Below, piece after piece: positions 10,029 through 21,025 of a stretch of DNA of 64,000 nt (the first letter of the stretch is position 1; the number at the start of each line of letters is the position of its first letter). The translations under genes were made by a program, and so were the position numbers. Source of the stretch: Desulfatiglandales bacterium (lineage in GTDB: Bacteria; Desulfobacterota; DSM-4660; Desulfatiglandales; HGW-15). The notes beneath the pieces were generated by a model. It was not told the DNA's origin. It saw only the letters and a list, made by a program, of their open reading frames with translations, and searched no databases. The stretch is from contig CAXXJJ010000001.1 of NCBI GenBank assembly GCA_963667015.2, positions 1,056,001 to 1,120,000 on the forward strand, written 5' to 3'.

Positions 10029-11510
10029 ATGGAATTACAAAAAAACACTCAGCAGCCAGTCAATATGCTGGAAAAAGAGCTGAATACAGTTCCCGGTAAA
10101 CTTGAGAATATTCACCTGATGGGTATATGCGGCACGGCAATGGCCTCCCTTGCAGGAATTTTGAAGAATAAGGGCTATCATGTAACAGGATCCGATCAAA
10201 ATGTTTATCCGCCAATGAGTATTATGCTGGAGGATATGGGCATAGAAATTAAAAAGGGCTATTCAGGGGATAACCTTGAACCGCGGCCTGATCTGGTTAT
10301 CGTTGGAAACGTTATCACAAGGATTAATCCCGAAGCCGTCCGTTTGTCAGAATTGAAAATACACTACCTTTCATTGCCCCAGGCACTCAGATATTTTGCC
10401 ATTGAGGATAAAAAGTCGGTTGTTATAGCCGGCACTCATGGAAAGAGCACAACCTCGGCCATCTGCTCCTGGCTGCTCGAACAGACCGGTATGGAACCGG
10501 GTTACATGGTAGGCGGAATACTCAATAATTTTAAAAGCAGTTTCAAACTTGGCAAAGGGGATTACTTTGTTATTGAAGGTGATGAATATGACACAGCCTT
10601 TTTTGACAAGGGGCCAAAATTTTTACACTATGCGCCCTTTATTGCAATTCTTACCAGCATCGAATTTGACCATGCCGATATCTACCGCGATCTTGACCAT
10701 GTAATTTCGAGTTTCAGAAAACTTGTCGCTATTATGCCTCCGGAAGGATTAATTATAGCAAACAGTGATGATCCAATAGTTATGGAGGAAGCCCAAAAGG
10801 CCGGATGCCGGGTGATAACATACGGATTTAATGATAATGCAGCATGGCGGGCTGTGGATATACGGGATGAAAAGGATGGCACATTTGTCAGGATAATGCG
10901 TGATGGAGAGGAGTATGTCTCATTTTTCAGCCCGCTCTACGGGCGGCATAATATTTCCAATATCCTGTCAACAGTTGCCTTATCCAGTTTTATCGGAATC
11001 CCGGCCGAAAAGATTCCTGCAGCAATCGGATCATTTAAGGGAGTTAAAAGAAGACAGGAGATAAGAGGGGAGGAAAATAACATCCTGGTGCTTGATGACT
11101 TTGCCCATCATCCAACGGCAGTGGAAAAGACCATAGAAGCCGTAAAGGGAAAATATGATGACAGGCGCCTTGTCGCGGTATTTGAGCCCAGATCAAATTC
11201 GAGCCGCAGAGGAATTTTTCAGGACCGGTACAGCCGGGCATTTGATTCAGCCGATCTTGTGTTTATTCCCGAACCGCCCATGATGGAAAAGGTGCCTGCT
11301 GATGACCGCTTTTCCTCCGAAGGCCTGGTGGAGGAGTTGAAGGAGAGGGGTATTAATGCCTTTTATGGTAAAACCACTGAAAGGCTGCTTGAGCTGCTTC
11401 TGGCAAATGTCCTTGCCGGGGATGTTGTACTTATAATGTCAAATGGAGCCTTTGATAATATTCACGAAAAACTCCTTAAAAAAATAAGGAATAATCCGGG
11501 AACAAAATAA
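10029..11510 (+). CDS. mpl: UDP-MurNAc:L-Ala-gamma-D-Glu-mDAP ligase (murein peptide ligase)
   Basis: IHLMGICGTAMASLA, GSDQNVYPPMS, GTHGKSTT, EGDEYDTAFFDKGPKF, DDFAHHPTA, MSNGAF. Confidence 0.9.
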   Translation: MELQKNTQQPVNMLEKELNTVPGKLENIHLMGICGTAMASLAGILKNKGYHVTGSDQNVYPPMSIMLEDMGIEIKKGYSGDNLEPRPDLVIVGNVITRINPEAVRLSELKIHYLSLPQALRYFAIEDKKSVVIAGTHGKSTTSAICSWLLEQTGMEPGYMVGGILNNFKSSFKLGKGDYFVIEGDEYDTAFFDKGPKFLHYAPFIAILTSIEFDHADIYRDLDHVISSFRKLVAIMPPEGLIIANSDDPIVMEEAQKAGCRVITYGFNDNAAWRAVDIRDEKDGTFVRIMRDGEEYVSFFSPLYGRHNISNILSTVALSSFIGIPAEKIPAAIGSFKGVKRRQEIRGEENNILVLDDFAHHPTAVEKTIEAVKGKYDDRRLVAVFEPRSNSSRRGIFQDRYSRAFDSADLVFIPEPPMMEKVPADDRFSSEGLVEELKERGINAFYGKTTERLLELLLANVLAGDVVLIMSNGAFDNIHEKLLKKIRNNPGTK

Positions 11511-11595
11511 GTTTTTTTCTGTCTAAATAAATTCCATCGGAATCAATCAAGGATATTTTTGTAATTTTATTAAAATCACCGGTAAGGAGAGTGTC

Positions 11596-12531
11596 ATGAT
11601 CAATGCTGAAGGGTTGACTAAGTTTTACGGAACACAGTGTGCCGTAGATCATATTGACCTTGATATTCGAAAAGGAGAAATTGTCGGGCTGCTCGGTCCC
11701 AATGGCGCTGGAAAAACCACCACCCTCAGGATGCTTACAGGCTACCTGAGGCCTTCTTCGGGGAATATCAGGATCAAAGACTATAACATCAATGATAATC
11801 CGCTTGAGATAAAAAAGCTCATGGGATACCTGCCTGAATCAGCTCCGCTGTACAATGAAATGCTTGCATATGACTATCTTAAATATGTGGCAGAAATAAG
11901 AAACATAGAAAAAGGCCGGGTTGAGTCAAGGTTAAAAGAGGTTGCTGATCTCTGCGGTATCAATGAGGCCATGCATAAACCCATCAACACCCTGTCCAAG
12001 GGATACAAGCAAAGGGTAGGGCTCGCGCATGCCATGATGGATGACCCTGAGATACTTATACTGGATGAGCCGACCTCAGGGCTTGACCCCAACCAGATCG
12101 TTGAAATAAGGGATATCATAAGAGAGATAGGGAAGGAAAAAACAGTAATACTTTCAACTCACATACTCAGTGAGGCTGAGGCCACCTGTGACCGGATCAT
12201 TATTATTAACAGGGGTAAAATTGCCGCAGATCAGACCATAGATGAGCTCAGGGAGAGCATGGGCAGGGAATTTCTCATCAATATAGCGCTCAAATATGCC
12301 TCTTCGGATGATGTAAGAAAGGAACTGGAATCAATTGAGGGCGTTGAGGAGATTAATGAAGGCAGAGATGATGCCGGTATTACAAAGGTGACTATCCGGT
12401 GCGGTTCGGACATTGATCCCAGCGAAGAGATATATAAAAGGATCAAGCAGCATGACTGGGTTATTATTGAATTGCATCATGAAATACAGACCCTTGAAAA
12501 AGTATTCAGAGACATAACCAGGGAGAACTGA
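11596..12531 (+). CDS. ABC transporter ATP-binding protein (GldA-like)
   Basis: GPNGAGKTT, LSKGYKQRVGLA, ILDEPTSGLDPNQ. Confidence 0.92.
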   Translation: MINAEGLTKFYGTQCAVDHIDLDIRKGEIVGLLGPNGAGKTTTLRMLTGYLRPSSGNIRIKDYNINDNPLEIKKLMGYLPESAPLYNEMLAYDYLKYVAEIRNIEKGRVESRLKEVADLCGINEAMHKPINTLSKGYKQRVGLAHAMMDDPEILILDEPTSGLDPNQIVEIRDIIREIGKEKTVILSTHILSEAEATCDRIIIINRGKIAADQTIDELRESMGREFLINIALKYASSDDVRKELESIEGVEEINEGRDDAGITKVTIRCGSDIDPSEEIYKRIKQHDWVIIELHHEIQTLEKVFRDITREN

Positions 12532-12532
12532 T

Positions 12533-13237
12533 ATGAGTCAATGCTACAATATTTTTAAAAAAGAGTTTAAGGCCTACTTTGTTTCACCCATAGCCTATAT
12601 AGTGATTTCCGTTTTCCTCCTTGTGACAGGGTGGTTTTTTTTCTCAACCTTTTTTATCTATAATCAGGCGGATATGAGAGGCTTTTTCACCCTTCTACCC
12701 TTTGTATTTGCCTTTATTGTCCCGGCAGTTACCATGCACCTCTTTTCGGAAGAATTAAGCGTGGGCTCCTATGAAATACTTCTTACAATGCCTGTTACAT
12801 ATCTGGATGTGGTGCTCGGGAAGTTTATGGCTGCGTTTGTTTTCATAGCAGCAATGCTGCTTCCAACCCTGTCCTATCCGATATTCATATCATTTATCGG
12901 GCAGCTTGACTGGGGCCCGGTAATTGGAGGGTATACAGGGGCAATGCTTCTGGGGGCTACCTTTTCGGCCGTGGGACTGTTCTCCTCATCCCTTTCCAGG
13001 AACCAGATTATTTCCTTTATAATAGGCATGGCAATTTGTTTTGCACTCACACTGCTTGAACGGATGCTCTTTTTTGTGCCGGTCGATGTTGTTACTATCC
13101 TGGAATACCTGGGTGCAAATTATCATTTTCAGAATGTAGCCAAAGGGATAATCGATTCCAGAGATATTCTCTATTTTGTCAGCATGAGCTTTATCGGCCT
13201 CTATGGTGCTAACCTGGTAATACAGAGAAAGAATTAA
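12533..13237 (+). CDS. ABC-2 type permease (GldF-like)
   Basis: KEFKAYFVSPIAY, about 6 hydrophobic segments, GIIDSRD. Confidence 0.88.
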   Translation: MSQCYNIFKKEFKAYFVSPIAYIVISVFLLVTGWFFFSTFFIYNQADMRGFFTLLPFVFAFIVPAVTMHLFSEELSVGSYEILLTMPVTYLDVVLGKFMAAFVFIAAMLLPTLSYPIFISFIGQLDWGPVIGGYTGAMLLGATFSAVGLFSSSLSRNQIISFIIGMAICFALTLLERMLFFVPVDVVTILEYLGANYHFQNVAKGIIDSRDILYFVSMSFIGLYGANLVIQRKN

Positions 13238-13248
13238 GGAGGATATCC

Positions 13249-15441
13249 ATGAAATCGAATGAACGGTCAGGCGATCTTGTTAAGTTTTTTATCTATGTTA
13301 TTGTCGTAATCCTTATAAATATAGCCGGATTTACTCTTTTTTTCAGGGCAGACCTGACTTCGGATCGGGTTTACTCTCTTTCGGATGTCAGTAAAAAGGT
13401 TGTGTCAACGCTTGAAGAGCCTCTTACTGTTTACGTGTTTTTTACTAAAAATCTGCCGGCGCCCTATAACAGTGTGGAAAAGTATCTTCATGATCTTCTT
13501 GAGGAGTATGCCCTGTCAGGCAACCGGTATTTCAATTATAAATTCTATGATGTAAGTTCTCAGGAGGGGTTTCCGGATGAGGAGATCAGGAAGAATCAGG
13601 AGCTTGCCGACAGCTTCGGGATTCGTCCCGTGCAGATTCAGGTTCTTGATCAGGATGAATTTAAATTCAAGATGGCATACATGGGGGTTGCAGTCATTCA
13701 CGGTGATATGATCGAAAGGATCCCTGCTATTTCATCTGCTGACAGGCTTGAATATCAGCTTACCACATCCATCCAGAAGCTGAATAATAAGATAAGTACA
13801 TTCCAGAAACTTGAAGAGGATATCAAACTGAGGCTCTTTCTGTCGTCATCCTTTGAAGATATTGCGCCATTCATGGGGATTGAGGGCTTTTCTCAGATTC
13901 CTGACGAGATTCGGGAGATAGTTGAAAAGTTGAATAAGAAAAGTTTCAACCGGCTTGATTATAAGATGCTTGATCCGGCAAAGGATACCTCTCTTGCCGA
14001 TCAGGTGAAAAAATATGATGTTACGACCATGCAGTGGCCGGCCGTACCGGAAAAATCCATTGAACCCGGGCAGGGGTCAATAGGTTTCATTGTTGAGTAT
14101 AAGGGGAAAGTGCTTGAGGTCCCCCTGCTTCAAAGGCTTCAGATTCCCATTCTGGGCGCCCAGCAGGGGAATACTATATATCAGCTTGTAGACATGGAAA
14201 CTGTTGAAGAGGTGCTGCAGAAGAGTATCGAATCACTCATTGATATTAATGAAAACCTCGGGTATCTGGCTGACCACGGCTGTATAAACCTGTGGGGCAG
14301 GGACTATGATATTCCCGGAATGCCCAGCCAGGGGAGTGTATCGAATTTCAATGGACTGGCTTCAGGATCATATTCCATTAAAGAGGTTCGGCTGAACGAC
14401 AGGGACCTTCTTGACGGCCTCAACTGCCTTCTGATTGCGAATCCGACACAGCCTTTTAACGATTATGAATTGTTCCAGATCGATCAGTTTTTAATGAAGG
14501 GAAAAAGCATTGCCTTTTTTCTTGATTCATTTGAAGAGGTTCAGTCACAGAGAGGCGGCTCGCAGTTTAAACCGATCGATACCGGCCTTGAGAAATTACT
14601 TAACTACTGGGGAATAGATGTTAAGAAGTCCATAGTGCTTGATCAGGATTGTTATAAGGCACAGCTTTCCGAAGATTATGGCGGTGGTGAACAACCTTTG
14701 TACTATGTTCCGCAGATCAGGGATGAGCTTATAAACAAGGATCTTCCATTCATGAAAAATATCAGGGGACTGCTTGTTCAGAAAAGTTCACCGGTTGTAC
14801 CTGATGAAGCCCGGATTAAGGAAAACGGGCTGACTGTTTATAAACTTTTTTCATCTTCTGAAAAATCCTGGGAAATGAACGAGCCTGTCAATCTGAATCC
14901 CATGATGATGCAGCCGCCCGGACCCGAGGCAATGATGACGAGTATTCCACTGGCATATACCGTGGAAGGGGCATTTCCAAGCTATTTTGCAGATAAACCG
15001 GTTCCTCAGGCGGTAATGAATGAGGATGAAAAAACTGATGAAGAGGGAAAAGAAGATATAGAAAAAGAGAGGCCTGTTATTGCTGTTGATCAGATCAGGG
15101 CTGAAGACAAAAAGATCGACAGGGGTATGCCCGGAAAAATATTCGTTATAGGAACCTCCGATGTATTGAAGAATTCTTTAATAAGTCCGGCAGGAACTAA
15201 CATTAATGCAGTTTTTATCATGAACCTGATTGATTATCTGAACGGCCGGGAGGATACAGCGGTAATGAGGGGTAAGACAGGAAACCTGAATCCTCTCAAA
15301 ATAACATCGGCAGAGGCAAAATCCGGAATAAAGTACTTTAATATTATCGGCCTGCCGGTAATAGTAGCGCTTTTCGGGCTGCTCATATGGTTTGTCCGCT
15401 ATAGAAGAAAACTGGCGATCCAGGCGATGTTTAAAAAATAA
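13249..15441 (+). CDS. GldG-family ABC transporter auxiliary component
   Basis: RADLTSDRVYSLS, LEYQLT, DQFLMKG; N- and C-terminal TM anchors; operon position. Confidence 0.82.
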   Translation: MKSNERSGDLVKFFIYVIVVILINIAGFTLFFRADLTSDRVYSLSDVSKKVVSTLEEPLTVYVFFTKNLPAPYNSVEKYLHDLLEEYALSGNRYFNYKFYDVSSQEGFPDEEIRKNQELADSFGIRPVQIQVLDQDEFKFKMAYMGVAVIHGDMIERIPAISSADRLEYQLTTSIQKLNNKISTFQKLEEDIKLRLFLSSSFEDIAPFMGIEGFSQIPDEIREIVEKLNKKSFNRLDYKMLDPAKDTSLADQVKKYDVTTMQWPAVPEKSIEPGQGSIGFIVEYKGKVLEVPLLQRLQIPILGAQQGNTIYQLVDMETVEEVLQKSIESLIDINENLGYLADHGCINLWGRDYDIPGMPSQGSVSNFNGLASGSYSIKEVRLNDRDLLDGLNCLLIANPTQPFNDYELFQIDQFLMKGKSIAFFLDSFEEVQSQRGGSQFKPIDTGLEKLLNYWGIDVKKSIVLDQDCYKAQLSEDYGGGEQPLYYVPQIRDELINKDLPFMKNIRGLLVQKSSPVVPDEARIKENGLTVYKLFSSSEKSWEMNEPVNLNPMMMQPPGPEAMMTSIPLAYTVEGAFPSYFADKPVPQAVMNEDEKTDEEGKEDIEKERPVIAVDQIRAEDKKIDRGMPGKIFVIGTSDVLKNSLISPAGTNINAVFIMNLIDYLNGREDTAVMRGKTGNLNPLKITSAEAKSGIKYFNIIGLPVIVALFGLLIWFVRYRRKLAIQAMFKK

Positions 15442-15484
15442 GGGCATATAATTTCTAATATATAGTAAATACCAGGGGTCTTAT

Positions 15485-16432
15485 ATGAAACTGAAAAAAG
15501 AATACGTTATACTCTTTTTAATTATTGCTGTTCTTGTTCTGTATATATCCTTGAGGAAGGACAGCCGAATCCAGTATGAAATTCCAGAAATAACAGAATT
15601 ATCTCAGGACAGCATATCCGGTATTGTTATCAAGGGAAGTGAAGGTGAGGTCCTGTTAGCAAAAGAAAATAATAAGTGGTTCATTGGGGCGGATAAGTAC
15701 GCGGCCGATACCTACAAGGTGGAAAAAATGATCAGTTTCCTGAAAAAACCGGTACTCATGACAGTTGTATCCGATTCAAAGGATTACATGCGCTACGGAC
15801 TGGATGATAAAACCCGGATCACTGTCACAGCCCTATCAGGGGAAAATCCGGAACGGTTAGTCGAAATCGGTTATCAGGCTGATGTGCAGAATTCTACATT
15901 TATAAAGCTTGAAAATGACCACCGGGTTTATCACGCAAGGGATGATCTCAGGGATATTTTCAGTACGAATATCGATGATATCCGGGATAAAGCGGTCCTG
16001 TCCTTTGACACTGACAAGGTGGGTTTTGTCCAGATTTCAAAAGATGGAAAGGAGTTTAATTTTAATAAAAAGGAGACATCTTCCGGAGAAGAAGATAAAG
16101 GTACTGCTTTCCAGTGGGAGGCAGGAGATGGAAAAATCGTTGATGCCACTCTCATGGATTCTCTCCTGGATGATATGCTGAAAATAAAATGTTCGGAATA
16201 CATTTATAAGGCTGAAGAGGGTGAAACTGGCAATCCAGTATATGTGATCAGGGTGAATGATGGAAATGAGCATGTTTTGACCGTCTTTCCTAAAAAAGAG
16301 GATGATTACAGGGCTGAATCGTCTGATAATCCAACGCCCTTCAGTCTCTATTCATGGAGAATCGATAATATTATCGAGAAGTTCGATAAAATGTCAGGTG
16401 AGAAGGAAATGAAGGAGCCCGAATCTGACTGA
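15485..16432 (+). CDS. DUF4340-like periplasmic protein of Gld-like ABC operons
   Basis: N-terminal anchor; YAADTYKVEKMI…YGLD…IG motif; fourth gene of the operon. Confidence 0.7.
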   Translation: MKLKKEYVILFLIIAVLVLYISLRKDSRIQYEIPEITELSQDSISGIVIKGSEGEVLLAKENNKWFIGADKYAADTYKVEKMISFLKKPVLMTVVSDSKDYMRYGLDDKTRITVTALSGENPERLVEIGYQADVQNSTFIKLENDHRVYHARDDLRDIFSTNIDDIRDKAVLSFDTDKVGFVQISKDGKEFNFNKKETSSGEEDKGTAFQWEAGDGKIVDATLMDSLLDDMLKIKCSEYIYKAEEGETGNPVYVIRVNDGNEHVLTVFPKKEDDYRAESSDNPTPFSLYSWRIDNIIEKFDKMSGEKEMKEPESD

Positions 16433-16584
16433 TCATTTATTTAAAAAACTTGAAATTACGGGCAGGCATGTAATATAAAAGTGAACAATTTCACAACTGG
16501 AAATATTGAAATATTTATTATTGGTAAGCAGCCCTTTAAAACGGCTGTAACTGTCCATAAACACAAATAAAAGGAGAAACAAAA

Positions 16585-17217
16585 ATGTCAATGCTTGATG
16601 ATTCCTGTAAGAATTTTATATCTATACTGGCATCAAAAGCTCCTGTGCCAGGTGGTGGAGGCGCTGCCGCCATGGGGGGTGCCATAGGTATGGCCCTCAG
16701 CAACATGGTGGGCAATCTTACAACGGGTAAAAAGAAATATGCTGATGTTGAACCGGAAGTAATCGAATTAATAAAAAAGGGTGATGCTGTTATCAATGAA
16801 CTTCAGAATCTGGTGGATAAGGATGCAGAAGTCTTTGAACCGCTTTCAAAGGCCTATGGGCTGCCCAAAAATACACCCGAGGAAATAAAGCATAAAGAAG
16901 AGGCCATTGAAGACTGCAGCAAATTGGCCTGCTCCGTTCCAATCGAGATAATGCGCAAATCCTTTGAAGGGATCAAGATTCATGCAAGGATGGCCCAGAT
17001 CGGCACTATGATAGCTATTTCCGATGTGGGTTGCGGTGTGGTTTTTCTAAAGAGTGCGCTGATTGCAGCAAGCCTTAATATTGTTATAAATCTGAATACT
17101 ATTAAGGATGCGGATTTTAAGGATAAAATGCAGACAGAAATGGACAGCCTGATCGCAGAAGGATCAAAAATGGCTGACGAGACGTTTGACTTCGTTATGG
17201 GTAAACTAAAAAAATAA
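16585..17217 (+). CDS. fchA: methenyltetrahydrofolate cyclohydrolase (FTCD C-terminal family)
   Basis: LASKAPVPGGGGAAA, MVGNLTTGKKKY, D.EVFEPLSKAYGLPK, ISDVGCG; adjacent to folD. Confidence 0.85.
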   Translation: MSMLDDSCKNFISILASKAPVPGGGGAAAMGGAIGMALSNMVGNLTTGKKKYADVEPEVIELIKKGDAVINELQNLVDKDAEVFEPLSKAYGLPKNTPEEIKHKEEAIEDCSKLACSVPIEIMRKSFEGIKIHARMAQIGTMIAISDVGCGVVFLKSALIAASLNIVINLNTIKDADFKDKMQTEMDSLIAEGSKMADETFDFVMGKLKK

Positions 17218-17228
17218 GGAGCTTATAA

Positions 17229-18089
17229 ATGGCCGAAATTCTCAAAGGAAAGCCGGTTGCTGACGCAACAAAAGAAGAGCTTGCAAAAAAGGTTGAAGCC
17301 CTTAAGGCAAAAAACATATCTCCAAAACTTGGTATTATTCGCGTAGGCGCAAGGCCTGATGACCTTTTCTATGAAGGCGGGGCAAAAAAAACCTGCGCAG
17401 CAATAGGAATGGAGTGTGAGGTTTTCGAGTTTCCTGTTGATATAGCCCAGGATGAACTTGAAAAGGCGGTAATTGAAATAGGTGAAAAAAAGGATGTAAA
17501 CGGGATACTCATGTTTTTCCCCCTTCCGGATAACCTGGACGGCAAAAAAATCAGGGAACTGATTCCGGTTGAAAAGGATGTTGACTGCCTCACAACAGCA
17601 GGTGCTGCAAAAATTTTTACTGATGACCCCACAGGATTTCCTCCCTGTACTCCCACGGCATGCATGGATATGCTTCATTTCTACAATATTCCGCTTAAGG
17701 GAAAAAAATGTACGGTTGTGGGAAGATCCCTTGTTGTTGGGAAGCCGCTTGCCATGCTGCTTTTAAGGGAACATGCAACCGTTACAATCTGTCACTCAAG
17801 AACCGAAGATCTTCCTTCTGTATGCCAGGATGCTGATATCCTGATTGCAGCAGTTGGACGCGCCAAGATGATAAAAAGCAATTATGTAAAAGAAGGTCAG
17901 ATTGTTATTGATGTTGGAATCAATGCTGATCCGGATAACCCTGGAAAATACTGCGGGGACGTGGACTTCCAGGAGGCTGAGCCCATTGTTGCGCAGATTT
18001 CCCCGGTTCCTGCGGGTGTTGGTTCAGTAACCACATCGGTCCTGTGTAAACAGACCCTCAGAGCATGTGAGCTGCAGCACGGGATTTAA
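17229..18089 (+). CDS. folD: methylenetetrahydrofolate dehydrogenase (FolD family, probably monofunctional)
   Basis: [48 protein letters not shown]. Confidence 0.92.
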   Translation: MAEILKGKPVADATKEELAKKVEALKAKNISPKLGIIRVGARPDDLFYEGGAKKTCAAIGMECEVFEFPVDIAQDELEKAVIEIGEKKDVNGILMFFPLPDNLDGKKIRELIPVEKDVDCLTTAGAAKIFTDDPTGFPPCTPTACMDMLHFYNIPLKGKKCTVVGRSLVVGKPLAMLLLREHATVTICHSRTEDLPSVCQDADILIAAVGRAKMIKSNYVKEGQIVIDVGINADPDNPGKYCGDVDFQEAEPIVAQISPVPAGVGSVTTSVLCKQTLRACELQHGI

Positions 18090-18105
18090 ATATCTAAGTA
18101 AAAGC

Positions 18106-18141
18106 AAAAAGGGGAATGGTTATATATCATTCCCCTTTTTT
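18106..18141. terminator. bidirectional rho-independent terminator
   Basis: aaaaaggggaatg…cattcccctttttt between convergent folD and cyclase genes. Confidence 0.8.
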
Positions 18142-18170
18142 ATCCATTTTTAAGGTAAGAGGACGATACT

Positions 18171-19823
18171 CTAATCCAGCACCTCATAAACCATAACATC
18201 CGATGTTTTTCCCTTTACCTGTTTCGCTCCTACCTTTTTAATTTTAAACTTGTCTTTTACCACCTCGTATGTAGCCTCACCAATAAGTATTTTGTCAGGC
18301 TCACCGATTGATTCAAGCCTTGACGCCACATTAACAGCGTCACCAATAACCGTGTAGTCCATTCGTTTTGTCGAGCCGATATTTCCTGCAACTACCCTTC
18401 CAGTATTGATCCCTATCCTCATATTAAACTGTCTGTCAGGAGGAATTGTCTGCAGCAGTTTTTTTAATTCTTCTCTCATCTTAATTGCGGCCAGTATTGC
18501 CCGTTCAGCATCTCCCTCCTTTTCCATGGGCGCTCCAAAAACTGCCATAATGGCATCACCTATGTATTTATCCAGGGTCCCGTCATATTCGAAAATGATA
18601 TCTGTCATTTGGGAAAAGAAATTGTTGAGCAGCATGTTTATTTCTCTCGGGGGCATTTTTTCCGAGAGCGTGGTAAATCCGATTATATCAGCAAACAGGA
18701 TTGTAGCAGTAAGATCCCTCGGTTCCATGATATCATCTTTTGTCTCCTGGCCGCCCCTGAGAATCATATCTATAACCTGGGGAGAATGGAACCTTTCAAG
18801 TCTGCTCCTGAGATTTTCCTCTTCTCTTATCTGTTCATTAAGACTGGCCTGTTCAATTATCATGGCCATCTGGCTGCTGATTGTCTGCAGAAGCTGTAGA
18901 TCATCCTTTGTAAAATGATTGTCCAGTCTAATACTCCATAACTGGATTACGCCGATAATTTTATCTTTTTTCCAGAGCGGTACGCACATAGCTGATCTGA
19001 TCTGCTGTAAAAACAGACTCTGGGCCTGCTCAAGTCGAGAGTCCTGCATGGCATTTGATGTCAGCAGGGAGACCTTATCCTGAATTACCCTGTTGATGAT
19101 GCTTCTACTCGCAGTGAGTTTCATCTTTTTCTTCAAGCTTTCATTTTTACATGTAACGACAACAGGAATCAGCTCTTCTTTATCCTGTTTCCCTGTCAGG
19201 ATAAGAAATCCATAATCTGCATCAATGATCATGAAGATTAAATCCATTATTTTATGGAGCAGTTCATTAAAATCAGAAATGGAATTGAGCTGTTTGCTTA
19301 TTTCGTACAATACAAAGAGAACCTTGTTTCTCCTTTCCAGATCTGTAATGCCTTCCTCGACAATCAATCGATCTGTAGAAGATTTTTGAGTGGAAGGGGA
19401 TTGGCCTTTCAGTAAAAGGTTTTTTGAATCCTGCAGGTCTGATTCCTGGCTGCTTTTAACTATCCTTTGATCATCTGTTTCTTCCTCATCATCAGAGATA
19501 AGAACAACTGAATTGTTTACCGTCGAACAGCTTTCCTTTTCATGCAGAAATATTAATTTGTTATGGCCGACTTTTATCTGGTCTTTATCCTTCAGTATTG
19601 CTTTTTGAATCGATGAGTTATTAAGTTTTGTTCCGTTATAACTGCCGAGGTCAACTATATGATAATCGTCTCCATTCTGGATAATCTTCGCATGGTTCCT
19701 TGAAACTGTACTGTCCAGCAGAATTATGTCATTGTTGTTTCCCCTGCCAATACTGGTTTCGGCCTTGCATAGAAGATAGTCAGATGATCTACCGTCATCT
19801 TTTATAATATGGATATTCGGCAT
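18171..19823 (-). CDS. FHA-GAF-class III adenylate cyclase
   Basis: FHA (IGRGNNND, VSRNH, DLGSYNGT); GAF (SAMCVPL…IGVIQL); cyclase (ILFADIIGFT, DKYIGDAIMA, YTVIGDAVNVASRLE). Confidence 0.9.
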   Translation of the reverse strand: MPNIHIIKDDGRSSDYLLCKAETSIGRGNNNDIILLDSTVSRNHAKIIQNGDDYHIVDLGSYNGTKLNNSSIQKAILKDKDQIKVGHNKLIFLHEKESCSTVNNSVVLISDDEEETDDQRIVKSSQESDLQDSKNLLLKGQSPSTQKSSTDRLIVEEGITDLERRNKVLFVLYEISKQLNSISDFNELLHKIMDLIFMIIDADYGFLILTGKQDKEELIPVVVTCKNESLKKKMKLTASRSIINRVIQDKVSLLTSNAMQDSRLEQAQSLFLQQIRSAMCVPLWKKDKIIGVIQLWSIRLDNHFTKDDLQLLQTISSQMAMIIEQASLNEQIREEENLRSRLERFHSPQVIDMILRGGQETKDDIMEPRDLTATILFADIIGFTTLSEKMPPREINMLLNNFFSQMTDIIFEYDGTLDKYIGDAIMAVFGAPMEKEGDAERAILAAIKMREELKKLLQTIPPDRQFNMRIGINTGRVVAGNIGSTKRMDYTVIGDAVNVASRLESIGEPDKILIGEATYEVVKDKFKIKKVGAKQVKGKTSDVMVYEVLD

Positions 19824-20008
19824 TTTATCCTCTTAATGTTTATTGGATTATTTCAGGTAAATGAAATAATTACAAATACTATCTTATTTCAAGGAGCATG
19901 TAGAGATATCATGGTGAGAGATCTGGTAATGTTTATAAAAAATCATGTAGAGATCACTAAATTCAAATCAGTAAAGTCAATCGGCCTGAGATAGCCAATA
20001 GGTTGAAT

Positions 20009-20431
20009 TCAATTTTTATCATTGTTTTTATCGACAGAGGGGAATTTTACAAAAGGAACGCCTTCTTCCTCTAAAATTTTTTCTTCATCTTTGGTTGCAG
20101 TTCCCCTGATATTTCGCGCTTCAGCGGCGCCGTAATGTATCTTTAGTGCTTCTTTGGTAAATCCATGGCCCAGATCTTCAAATTCATTTTGAATATAATT
20201 CACCATCTCCATTGCAAGTTTCTGGTAATCAATAGGCAGTTCATTGTTTTTTTGAACGGATCTTGAAGAAGATTTCATTGCCACAGGGGACAGTATTTTT
20301 TTTATTTCCGTGTTTTCGCATAAGGGGCAGATGATCATATTTTCAGAATCCTGTTTTTCAAAAGACTCAATGTTATCAAACCATCCCTCAAAGGTGTGCC
20401 CATTTGCACACATAAGATCAAACGCTATCAT
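20009..20431 (-). CDS. DUF1178-family zinc-ribbon protein
   Basis: MIAFDLMCANGHTFEGWF…CPLC…F.KEALKIHYG…RNIRG.AT. Confidence 0.85.
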   Translation of the reverse strand: MIAFDLMCANGHTFEGWFDNIESFEKQDSENMIICPLCENTEIKKILSPVAMKSSSRSVQKNNELPIDYQKLAMEMVNYIQNEFEDLGHGFTKEALKIHYGAAEARNIRGTATKDEEKILEEEGVPFVKFPSVDKNNDKN

Positions 20432-20605
20432 AATAATTGTTCCTGTCTTGTGGTTGTGCCAATATATTAAATTCCCTGTGACACTATCAAATTCATAAAT
20501 GGTTTGTCCATAGGCTTCTTTGCCCTGACTTCTGCCTTGTGAGTTTTCCCGCTAATAGACTCATGTGTTCCGGGTAAAGGCTTCGGTATCTTTCCTGGTG
20601 ACTGA

Positions 20606-20812
20606 TTATGATTCCAGAACAAAGATTACTTCCATCCTAACCCGGTATTCAGATATCTGATCATCATTGATCGCAACCCTTTGTTCAATAATTCGTAATC
20701 CTGTGATGCCTCTCAGGGTTCTTTTTGCCCTTTCAAATCCGGCTTTGATAGCATCATCAAAACTATGCGGCGATCCGGCTATTATCTCTGATACTCTTGC
20801 AATACGGTCCAT
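20606..20812 (-). CDS. dodecin (flavin-binding)
   Basis: EIIAGSPHSFDDAIKAGFERAKRTLRGI…YRVRMEVIFVLE; SD AAGGAGG. Confidence 0.9.
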   Translation of the reverse strand: MDRIARVSEIIAGSPHSFDDAIKAGFERAKRTLRGITGLRIIEQRVAINDDQISEYRVRMEVIFVLES

Positions 20813-21025
20813 CTTAAACCTCCTTTTAGCTTATGAATGGGCACTAACAAGCTAAGCTAATCAAAAAAAATGCAAGAAATCAAATTATTTTATGGTATTT
20901 AGTGTTTAAATAAATTAATTATATTTTAATATTACTAAATAGGCATTGTAACAAAGTTGCGTATTGTCGGCTGGTTATCGGTTACCCGGTAGAAATGATA
21001 TGGAAAATACGAGGAGGATTTTCTT

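Noticed and set aside
11596..16432. Gliding motility system
   Set aside because: GldA/F/G-like ABC operons with DUF4340 are widespread in non-gliding bacteria; no other gld or T9SS genes are present.
16433..16584. THF or ZTP riboswitch upstream of fchA-folD
   Set aside because: No recognisable conserved aptamer motifs; the region is short and AT-rich.
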